A stretch of 59,513 nucleotides of DNA, filler included, from Platydemus manokwari (taxonomy: Eukaryota): assembly GCA_037951405.1 (NCBI GenBank). It is 6 parts of 6 records of this genome, joined end to end, with 100 filler letters (N's around TTAATTAATTAA, not from the genome) between each part and the next. Parts side by side here need not be neighbours in the genome. Positions count along the whole stretch, not along the records: positions 1 to 8,791 come from JBBMOY011349538.1; positions 8,892 to 19,763 come from JBBMOY011098850.1; 4 more parts are not named here. One strand, 5' to 3'. This document shows positions 1 through 11,715 of the stretch, in pieces. Every line of letters begins with the position of its first letter. Position 1 is the first letter of the stretch. The notes below the pieces were generated by a model. That model was not told the origin of the DNA and did no database searches. It saw nothing but the letters and a program-made list of their open reading frames with translations. The position numbers and the translations under genes are program-made.

Positions 1-183
1 ATCGTTCTTATCAGCAATACTCTTCAGTGCCATTTTGATTCTGTCTTGGTCGCTGTATTTCTTTCCCACATCCTTGGCATCAATTGATTTTATCCCTGCA
101 AAGAATATCATGATTGCAATTTTGAATTTTAAATTTTGCATATTAAATGATAAATAAAATACCGTAAATTAATAGACTCTTTT
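1..183 (-). CDS. Partial spliced gene of unknown function, head-to-head with OGT (exons 183-163 and 95-<1)
   Basis: The minus strand reads tttcag|21-nt exon|gtattt, then a 67-nt intron ending tgcag|, then an open frame to the window edge: (E)KSLLIYGIKSIDAKDVGKKYSDQDRIKMALKSIADKND. Start codon not located; family not recognised. Confidence 0.45.
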
Positions 184-373
184 CTGAAATAAAATATTAA
201 ATGACTATATATAACTACATTTAATGATATCTTTTCAACAATTTAAAAGAACTTAGTAATTTCGTATTTTAAATTTAAATGAAGATAAAGATGTTCAGTT
301 TTTAAAATTAATTAAAGAAATAATTTTGTTTTAAACTTACAAATAATTTTTATGGTTTCGTATTATTGTAAAT

Positions 374-3300
374 ATGAATGATCGACAAATAAATTCAGGT
401 AATTCCCGTGAAATATTTTATTAGTTTTAAAAATAAATGCAGGAATGATATCCCAAGCATTAAATATTGCTCATCGTGAATATCAGTTAGGTAATTATGA
501 AAGAGCGGAAAAGTATTGTTTAGAAATTTGGAAACTCGATCCAAATAATAGCGCAATTTTATTGTTTTTGAGTTCCGTTTATTTTCAATTAAAAAAGTTA
601 GACAAATCTGCATTCTTTTGTCAATTAGCAATTAAACAAAACCCACAAATGGCTGAAGCTTATTCTAACCTTGGGAATGTTTTTAAAGAGAAAGGTCAGC
701 TAGTTGAAGCGATAAGTTTTTATAAACAAGCATTGCAATTGAAGCCTAATTTTATCGATGCGTATATCAATCTTGCATCAGCGTTTGTTGCTGCAGGAAA
801 TTTAGATAATGCTATTAGTACTTATATTCTCGTGTTAAATCATAATCCGGTTATTTTTTATATTGATAGTTAATGAAATATTTTTCATTATTGGTAGGAA
901 TTATATCATGTGAGAAGTGAGCTAGGGAATTTATTTAAAGCTCTAGGTAAACTAGAAGAGGCAAAGGTATGTTGACATAAAATGCTAAACTAAGCATCGC
1001 AATGCGCTTCTTGAATAAAAATTCCATTAGAGAATGAAAGAAGAAATTAAAAATCTATGACACGCATATATTTTTAATTTCTTTGTGTCGTATAAATTGC
1101 GCAGCTTTTATATATATTATTGGATTATAAAGACTTCAGTTAGCCAAGTAATCTACGAAATCTTGCAAAGATTCGCTATAATTTGGTGAGATCGAGATAA
1201 TAACAATGGTAAAACGGTAAATTATGTTGATTTAACAGCGATTGCAAAGTCCATTTGAAAAAAAGTTAATGCTTCGTATTGCCATTTTGGTTCCTAAACA
1301 AAAATTGTGCATTTTTCCCCACAACGAATCGAATTGATGATTTGAATGATTCAATTCAATTCGTTCATGAACAGAAGCTATAATGGCAATAAAAAAGCAC
1401 AAGCAAAATTATAAAAGTTGTTTTTGCAGACAACGTCTATGCGAAAAGCGCGGCGATATTGTGCTTTATTGATTATTATTTATATTTCGTTTTTCTTTTT
1501 GTTTAGTCGTGTTATCTAAAAGCAATTGAAACATATCCAGCATTTGCTGTTGCTTGGAGTAATGTTGGTTGCATATTCAATGCCCAAGGAGATATTTGGT
1601 TGGCCATTCATCATTTTGAAAAGGTATTTTTTAGAATTGTTTTTTAAGATTTGCATTTTTAAGAATTTATAAATTATATTTGCATTTATTCTTTTACAAA
1701 TAATAATTTTAACTGTTGATAATAATTATGATTCTATAGTGATATGTACTCATTTCAAGTATTCGCGTTTACAAAATGTTATTGATTATACTCAATTTTA
1801 TCTATCCCCATTATACCATAATTAACATTAGCATTTTCTTATTATTATAGCGGCATTTCATTTGATAGATTTCATGGTTGATTTTACATTAAATTTGCAC
1901 TATTATCTTTTCAACTGTATAGCAATGTTGTTTGGAAACTAATTCACTTAATATCTGTGATATATATTTGGATTCATTATATATTAATTATTAAAAATAA
2001 CTTTATCGTTATATGTTTTTCTTTTTTACGTTATTAAACCAGTTTTTACAAATGTGGTCGAACAGGACGTTGAAACTTTTCTTTCTTCAATAAAGGTTAC
2101 TGCTGTGGTGATTTTTCTGAATAATCAAACAATATTTTCATTTTTATATATATTAGACTTTTGTATTTTTTCTGAATCATAAAGTGCTTTCTATCAATTT
2201 AGAGTATATTTTTATCCAATTTATTCTTCTTTTATAATATCAAATAATATTCAATTAAAAATTATTTTTTATTGATATTTTGCGTATTTGATTTGAGATA
2301 ACAAAGCTTGTAATTTTCATCATTTCATTTTATGAATCCATTTATTGTCATGCATTACAAATTAATACATTTTCTATCTATTCATTATTTTACAAATGGT
2401 TTTCTCAAATAATTAGAAGATTTGTTCAGCAACTTTTATATTGAAGCTTTAATAAATTATCTGAAACAAATATATAATTGCCGCTGTTACTCGAAATAAG
2501 CATATTTTTCAATTTTGAAATAAATATGCTCAATGGTTAATCATTTATTCAAAATTGAAAAATATGCTCATTTCAAATACCAACAGCAATTATATATTTA
2601 TTTTTGTAAAATTATTATGAGATGATTATCAATTTTGGTTAAAGTAAATCAATTGTAAAACTAATTTAACATGTTTTTTGAGGAGAATTGTTTCTAATAA
2701 ATTCATAAATTTTATTTGAAATTTAAATTTTCGCTTATTTAGGCTGTTACTTTGGATCCAAACTTTCTTGATGCTCATGTCAATCTTGGACATGTTTTTA
2801 AAGAAGCTAAAATATTTGATAGAGCTGTTGCCGCTTACACTAAAGCTTTGACATTAGATTCTGATAATCCTATATTACACGGAAATCTTGCTTGTGTATA
2901 TTATGAGCAAAGTTTATATGATTTAGCTATTGATAGTTATCGAAAAGCAATTGAATTACAACCTAATTTTCCAGATGCTTATTGTAATCTAGCTAATGCA
3001 CTAAAAGAGAAAGGCAATGTGCCAGAGGCTGAAAAGTGTTATAATACTGCTTTAAGATTGAATCCAAATCATGCAGATTCATTAAACAATTTAGCCAATA
3101 TTAAACGAGAACAAGGATTGAATGAAGAGGCTATGAATCTTTATAAGAAAGCATTGGAAATATATCCTGAGTTTGCAGTTGCTCATTCTAATTTAGCAAG
3201 CATGTTACAATTACAAGGTCACTTACAAAGTGCTCTTAATCATTACAGAGAAGCCATTAAGATTTCACCAAATTTTGCTGATGCATATTCGAATATGGGA

Positions 3301-5430
3301 AATACATTTAAAGAGCTTCAAGATTTACCAAATGCTGTTCAATGTTATCAGCGAGCAATACAAATTAAACCAACATTTGCTGATGCTCATTCTAATTTAG
3401 CTAGTGTATATAAAGATACAGGAAATATCAATGAAGCAATTGCCTCTTATACAACTGCTCTTAAAATTAAACCAAATTATCCAGAAGCATTTTGTAATTT
3501 AACACATTGTTTACAAATTGTTTGTGATTGGACTGATTATGATAGTCGTATGGATAAACTTGTTAATATTATACATGAACAATTAGAATATAAACGATTC
3601 CCATCTGTCCATCCTCATCATACAATGCTTTATCCTCTCACTCCTATGCAACGAAAAGGGATTGCTGAAAGTCATGCCAAATTATGTGTTGATAAAGTGA
3701 TTCCTTTACATAAATCTAAATATAAATTTCCAAAACAACTTTTTCATAATGAAAGATTACGTATTGGTTATGTGAGTTCAGATTTTTGTAATCATCCAAC
3801 AAGTCATTTAATGCAAAGCATTCCTGGAATGCATGATAAATCAAGATTTGAAATATTTTGTTATTCTCTTACATCTGATGATGGTACATCATTTCGACAA
3901 AAAATCGCTTATGAAGCTGAACATTTTATTGATTTAACATCAATACCAAATAATGGTGATGCTGCTGATAGAATATCACAAGATCGCATTCATATACTTG
4001 TTAACATGAATGGATATACAAAAGGTGCTCGAAATGAAATATTTGCTTTAGAACCAGCACCTATTCAAGCGATGTGGTTAGGTTATCCTGGTTCAAGTGG
4101 AGCTACTTATATGAATTATATTATTACTGATAGTATTACATCACCATTGGAATATTGTGATCATTATTCTGAAAAATTAGCATTTATGTTTTATACATAT
4201 TTTATTGGAGATCATAAACAAATGTTTCCACATCATTCTAATAAAGTTATCCTTAAAGTCGTTGGTTATCCAACAAGATTTAATTCAATGACAGCCTGTG
4301 GTATTGATATTGAATCAATTTATCGAATTGGTTCTGTACAAGAATTTCTACAAGATAGTGTTCCAGTGATTGTTATCGATTCATTCAGTGAAATAAATGA
4401 TATGGTAATTATTTATTATTTAACTCTCTGACTGATAGTATGTATGTATGTGTCTGTGTGTATGGGAATGGAGTGTGTGTGTGTGTGTGTGTGAAAATAT
4501 AATTTAGTAGATTATACATGTGTCAATATTTCCATCCGATTTCTTTCATTACTACTTCTTATTGACTTGCCTGGATTTGTTATTATGAAATTTTCAACTT
4601 TCTTTACATAATATTGAAACATATTTATTAATGATTATTCATATTGATAAACAAATAATTTCCAGATTGCCAATAAACGGGAATTCACCACCATCAATGG
4701 AGTAACTGTAGCTAATGGGATGGCTATTACCGATACTGTGAAAAAGTTTTCAGGTGAAAAGATCATCAATCAAATCATTATTACATCTAGAAAACATTAT
4801 AATTTACCAGATAATGCTGTTGTGTTTTGTAATTTTAATCAACTTTATAAAATTGGTCCAGACACTCTTAAAATGTGGGTTAAAATATTACAAAATTGTC
4901 CCAAATCGGTTTTATGGCTTTTGAGATTTCCAGCTGCTGGTGAAAAGAATGTTTATAAAGCCTTTTCAGATTATGGTTTGAAAGATGTACATTCAAGAGT
5001 AATTTTTAGTGATGTCGCTCCTAAAGAAGAACATGTTCGTAGAGGTCAAGTTGCTGACGTATGTCTAGACACTCCATTATGTAATGGACATACAACTGGA
5101 ATGGATGTATTATGGTCTGGTTGTCCTATGGTGACATTACCAGCTGAGACTCTTGCAAGTCGTGTTGCTGCCAGTCAGTTGAATACACTTGGATGTCCTG
5201 AATTAATTGCTAAATCAGAAGAAGATTATGTAAATATTGCTATTAGATTGGGAACAGATTCGAAATACCTGGAAACTATCAGAAACAAAATTTGGAAAAA
5301 TAGAATATCGTCACCATTATTTAATTGTCAGTTATATACACGCAGTTTAGAAAGCTTGTATCAAGAAATGTGGAACAATCACATTAATGATAGACTTGAT
5401 CACATTACAAGATTGAATAGAAATGTTTAA
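374..5430 (+). CDS. OGT: O-GlcNAc transferase, 1014 aa; join(374..398,443..849,898..966,1507..1623,2743..4404,4666..5430)
   Basis: All introns are GT-AG with consistent phases (3045 nt total). TPR array ([62 protein letters not shown]|AVTLDPNF). GT41 catalytic motifs [43 protein letters not shown]. Confidence 0.97.
4472..4493. repeat. (GT)n microsatellite in OGT intron 5
   Basis: Directly visible GT run. Confidence 0.9.
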
Positions 5431-8400
5431 AAATTATCAGTTGATTAATTGTACAGAGAATAACTAATTGTGTCTTGTTAATGATTCAGGTGCTGAATAA
5501 TACCCTACTTTCATTATTATATATATATTATATATATACAACATTGTATCATACGTATATATAATATTATTTGAAATATATTTTTTATGGCAATTTATTG
5601 TATTCTATGTTTTATTTTGTTATCAACACAGTGCAATTGGTGTTATTCTATAACCTCATTGATCGGGATATGCATAGGCCCGTAGTTGACAACGTATATC
5701 TGTACATCTCGAAGTCAACAATATTTTTATAGGATTACTATTATTGAGCTTCGTACAAATAATGAGTGGATTAACTAAATTGTTGAAATATAATATGAAA
5801 GAACACTAATGATGATTTTATTATGGACTAACAATTTCACCCAGTCACAGAAATAATTGATACAAAGTGGTTATTGAAGTCGTTCTGTGTCTCATTCCTA
5901 ACTAGCTCAATGTGGAATGAAATAATCGAAAACGAAATTTCTTAATTGAATACTAATAGCAAATTTGGTTTTTGAATATGTATTTGAAACAATTTCTTTA
6001 TCTGCACTATCGTGTGATTATTTTGATAATTATAATGGTTATTTTGATTGTAAATGTTTTATCATCACCAAAATTTTATTAATTATAAATAAAGGATAAA
6101 TTTTTAGGTTAGGACTATTGATATATTGAAAATAAAATATTTAATAGTAATAATGTTTTAACGTGAAAATAATCTTTTAATATTACACTTTAAATAACAA
6201 CAATTTGGTAGATAGTATTTAATATCATTAATCATCGCCAATCTAACTTCAGATGTATTATTCTTCATAAATGATACCATCTATTTTGATAGAATGACTC
6301 AACCACGGTTGATGTTCAATATTTGGATTTTATTGTCTTGAAATAAATGGTCTTTAAACGGATATATGTTCATGCATTTATTAAAAGTACTTAAAATTCC
6401 TGATTATTTTAATCCGTTGTATTCATTAAAAATAAAAGTTGATTTAACTACAAATCGATGCAAGAATTATATTTGTGCTCATCAGAGTAAAAAATCCCTA
6501 AACGGTATTATAGGTTCATAAGCTTAAATCCAAGAAAATTGAGGTCTGTAAACAAATTATGTTTCGAAAACTATTTCTTGATATGTAATTCATTTGAAAT
6601 TTGAAAATCTAGTTTTATGATAAATATTAAAGTCAAATGAAAAATTATTTGAGAAACTACTTCAAGAGTAACTTAGGTTGATAACTAGTACCAAATATAT
6701 GTTTATGATAGAGATTATTTCTGTTTTTTAGATAATAATTATAAGAAATAACTTCATTCCCTGTTCTAGTAAAGTCTGAATTAGTCACTTTAGCATTTAC
6801 ATGATATTTGAACATTTCATGAAGACTTCATCAGGAATATTATTACTGATAATTTTTTTAAATAATATTTTATATAAATAAAGACGTACATCAAATGGAT
6901 TAATATGTGACTTTCGGGGTATTCAAAAAACAGAGACTGATAATAAAATTAACCAAGCAACCCCTAAACACCAACATTTGTATTGTGTATGTTTATTATT
7001 CATTATTTCTTTTATTATTTCATGTAAACAACTTGGTTGATTTTAAAATGTGATATGTTAGAGTATAAGTGCTACATTTTATTTAAAATTATTCAAAATT
7101 TGGTTACATTTATGAGCTTTTAAATGAGTTTTTAGCTTTCTTTACGTTTTATTTTTCAAAATTTTTTATATTGACTAAAGAAACATAAATTGGCACATTT
7201 TATCAACAAATTGAACTTTAAATATTCAATATCATCAGTGCATCATTAGCAACAGCAACCAATTTAATAACTCCACTGATATTGTTTTCGAGTCTCAGCA
7301 AACTTCAAATCCTGTAGTTAGAATATTGATGAGTTCAAGAATAAGCATAAAGATGAAGCAAATAAGTATGAGAGGTAAAGTAAAGGATAAACAAATAAAT
7401 GTAACTTATTAATAACAATTATATAAACTAAAATTTAAAGATATTTAAACAAAATGAAATTATATTACTATTAATTACGAAATATTAAAAATAAAATATA
7501 TTTTTAAAAAGTTATTAAATATTATTAGAGCAAATATGGAATTCGTAGATAGAAATAGCAATTACTGATTATTGTCCGGTAATTAGAATAAATAAATGGG
7601 GTCATGCTGTAGTAAGCATGAACAACAGGATGCGCATAGAGAAAATAAGTATATGAAGAGCGAGCTAACTTTTTATTTTCACCAATTCAACAAGAAGATT
7701 TCGAAAGTAAGATGCTATTTGTTATTATAGTAGCTTGCCCTGCAACAAGTGTAGTGATACGGGATTAAAAGTATTAGCAGTGCGCTAGTCCGTATAGTAA
7801 ATAATTATTGCATAATATTAGACAGGAGTAGATTCTATGCTAAGCTTTTCAGTAGACGTATCGGGATTTAGTCCTAGTCTTATTAACATAACTTTATAGG
7901 GACATGTGATCGCTCAGTGTTAATTTTGCGGTGGATATTGTTATATAAATATAGCTTATTCACAAAGTTGTTTTTACTTACTGCGCACCGGATTTTGTAT
8001 AGGACTCAGATTAGTAGAATAAGATCAAGCCATTAAGTTAGAGAAGTTCTAAACTTAACAATATAATTCGGAATCGTGACTTTTCAGATGCTCAGTATTT
8101 CTCTGAAACTCAGATAAATTCCAATCCTGCTGAAGCCTTACTGCCCAATCAGTAATTTGGAAAATTTATTCCCGAGCCATACAGCAAATCAAAGATTAAC
8201 TGTTTTATAATCTCCAGCACAGTGATGATAATTGCTTCGAGTCTATAGGCAAAACAAAGAGTAGTGATTCAAAACTAATGAATAATATTTTGGTTCTGGT
8301 CTATGACAACTCAACTGCAACAGAATATAGAAATAGGTTTTAATCCTGTAAGAATCGAATGATATTGACTATCAGTCGACTATGAGCACTTAGATAATTC

Positions 8401-8791
8401 CATTTATGATTTTTAATAATATCCTTTTTTCCATTGCACAAGCATAAATAACAAATAACTAAGCTATAATAATTGACTACTCTATTCTACAGATGCTTAA
8501 AATAGAAAATTATAAATTCGTATTAAACATTAATTTAGTTAACTCTGGCATCAGCATTGATTCATTTATTTTCTGCAGATTTTCCCAGTAATATTTCCAA
8601 GTTAAAATTATAAATTATTATCAACTTTATGCTTTTTTGAAATCAAAGATATTATTATTGTACCTGAAATATCTATTTTCAAATTTTAGAATCAGTTTAG
8701 GTTTTAGCGTCCTTTAATTCAGAATAATTTCATTCACATGTAATCAATAATAGAGCCTATAATACAGCATCTATAGATTATTCTTTTTTCT

Positions 8792-8891
8792 NNNNNNNNN
8801 NNNNNNNNNNNNNNNNNNNNNNNNNNNNNNNNNNNTTAATTAATTAANNNNNNNNNNNNNNNNNNNNNNNNNNNNNNNNNNNNNNNNNNNN
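8792..8891. other. Artificial contig-join spacer N44-TTAATTAATTAA-N44
   Basis: Identical 100-nt unit occurs five times; the palindromic 12-mer gives TAA stops in all six frames. Confidence 0.97.
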
Positions 8892-8894
8892 ATC

Positions 8895-9382
8895 ATGATC
8901 GTAATCTTAATAACTACAAGTAAATCTCTTTACAGCTTACAATGGTAAATCACCCGAAGGTCAAAACAGAATAAAAAATAATCAAAGACTGATTACTAAA
9001 AATCACACAAAGATAAGATCAACACTCAAGTTACCAATCAAAAAGACTGGTAGTTATTCATGGAGTTCAACCTATTTTATAGACCCATCAAGTGTATTTG
9101 CTTGATGTCACAGATCTTCGTTTTCCATTTTCTGAATCTGTTCCTAGATCGGCCTACTTGAAATTTTCTTCACATCTCTCATGCTATTAGCGGATATTTG
9201 AGCTTGCTGCCATCTGTAGATATGTGACGATCAATTCTTAGCTTCTAAATATGGATTGATATAAAAACGAATCTGATTGCGTGACGGCACATGTGCGTAT
9301 CGGGCTTGTGTGTATCGACCATTTTTTGGGTTCTCTCATTGGTTTTTGTAATCATTTTGATTGATTTGTGATCTACCAAACA
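8895..9382 (-). mobile_element. Dispersed repeat family A, copy 1 (probable solo LTR)
   Basis: Colinear with 16692-17131 (e.g. ttactaaaaatcacacaa, cggatatttgagcttgctgcc, ttgatttgtga) and with 31785-32241 in reverse. Ends approximate. Confidence 0.7.
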
Positions 9383-11663
9383 CTAAAATAAATTATCAAA
9401 ATAATATCTTGTGATGAAACATAGATCATCAATAAAATGTTTTCATAGAAATATAAGAAGAGAAATTTTAAATATTCTAAATCCATTTTTACTCCATTCT
9501 ATTTTAATTCTAAACAAAACTAATCCAAAAAACAATTAAATAATAGTAAAACTTATTCTCTCACGAATCGAACTAGTCAGCGCAATGTTATTTAATTATT
9601 TTTTTTTAGTTATTTTTCCGATCAAATGAATTACAAATGTATTAAGCTCTTGAAATTAAAAATAAAATTGTTGAAACCATCAGTTTTTTTTCCAATTAAT
9701 TTTCTTTGAATATTTGTCAAGACTTAATTAAAATATTGATTTTTATTAAACTGGACTATTTTCTTTACTCAGTTTGTTTTGTTTTTCACATCTTTCGTAA
9801 GAAATTCAGCATTGTCCAATTGAAATTATTTGTTTGAATCGATTTAAAAAATCAATGAAACGAAATTAACAATTATATGATTTCAGAAAGAAGTGAAAGA
9901 ATGAAAAATTTATCAAAAATTTTCTGTCATTGGTTCCGAGATTTGGTTATTCTTAGTGACGAGATTTATTCTTTATCGGGTTTCCTTCGATCTGTCTTCT
10001 TCTTATCCAACAATCGGCATATATTGTAGCAAGAGTAAATTTCATTCATATTTTATCCACAGATTTTATCTTAGAGACAAAAATTTTTTATGTCATGTCT
10101 CGTAATAAAATGTTTCTTTTGTTCATTAGAAATTCTTATATTTGATAATTAATTAATTTTTTGATTAAAGTTAAGAAAAGGAGTTCTGAAATGAAATTTT
10201 AAATTTATTGAGTGTATTGCAAAAAAGTTATATAGTTTATTTCTTTCAAAACGTTATGAATTTTTAATTTAAGCACTTAAAAATAATTTTAGGTGTTTTA
10301 AATCAAATATTAAATACACTACAGCCTCAAAATCTATTTGATTATTTGAAAAACGCATCAAATTAGGCCAAATTGCAATTTATTGAAAATTACCGAGGAC
10401 CCCTATTTTGACATTAGATACTTATAATTTTTAAATTATATTATTAAAATAAGCAAATGATATTATTAAACATGTCTGCAGTTAACTAACTCGATTTATA
10501 ATTACAAAATTTAAATTCAAAACCTCAAATAATGATATGGAAGTGTTGAGATTAGAATATTATATTCGTTTTAAAACTTTTTTGTCCCTATTTAACATCT
10601 TAAAAAGTAAGATATTGACTGAATCATACAAATAAATTAAACATCGCAATTATTTATAAAATTATCCAATGCGCGCAAATTCATTATTACGAAATCAGAT
10701 TAAAGGACCATTTTCTTAACTTGAGTCCAAAAATTGAATATCTTATTTACAGAACTCTTCCAAATTCAAATAATGATATTTTAACCTTCACTTATTAGTT
10801 AATTTTCCATAAGATCGATATTATTTTACGAAGAATGGATAATATTATTAATATCTCTGATAAATCTTATTATGAATTTGTTTATCCATGAAAATTTTTA
10901 AATCAATCTTTCGACATTAACAACTTCTTTTCTGATAATTTCAAATAATTGGAGATATAATAATTATTGGATCGATATGTTATCATTTTTCAAATATCAA
11001 ATACGATAACGTGAACAGCATCATAATCTATGGATCATGTTGAAATTTATTCAAAAATCATGATTCTTATACAGTCTCAGACGAATCGTAGACAGAACAA
11101 ATGAAACTATCTCATTATTTGGAGTTTTGATAGAAACAAATTGTCTGCATTTTCCAATGATTCTTGTTGGCTTTGTTTGAGAAAAATGTAAGATAGAAAT
11201 GAAGAGAAATATCTATTCATTTAAAAACTATATTAATATACTTTCTAATAAATGATATTGATTGATTTTTAAAAAAACAATTAATTAATCTTCTTTTTTG
11301 AATTTTAATTAATTTATTTTATTTAATTATTTTATAAGGTAGTTTTTTCATTTTTTCATTTCAATGATTCTAATATTGATTCTAGTGCTTGCCATGGATA
11401 TTATCTCGTGTCTATTTTGGTTAAAATTGCTGTAAATCATTAATAAATTTTTAAAGTTTTTCGCTAACAATGTTTCCTGAGCTTTGAGTTTTAATATAAT
11501 ATTGGATTAATTTAGAAACAATATGAGATATTTTAAATGAATTAAATTTTTAATTCAAATTTAATCCAAATTTAATTATAGTTTAATTCTAATTTTATAT
11601 AAAATCAAATTTATATAAAATTAAATTTAGTTGTTGAAATATTTGCATTTAAATAGGTTTTTG

Positions 11664-11715
11664 GTGTCTTGACTTTTCAGTTCGTTTTCAATGTGTGATT
11701 TTAAAAATAGAAGGA
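11664..11715. repeat. Short dispersed repeat family D (also about 17801-17860 and 26625-26682)
   Basis: Shared degenerate motif tga(c/t)ttt(t)c...ttcaa(t/a)g(t/c)gtg(a/c)ttt(a/t)..aaatag in three different contigs; possibly a MITE fragment. Confidence 0.5.

Noticed and set aside
6795-6842. Minus-strand CTGATGA...GAAA
   Set aside because: Stems I and II do not pair.
8836-8847. Repeated TTAATTAATTAA as a biological repeat or CRISPR-like element
   Set aside because: Always centred within N runs; an assembly linker.
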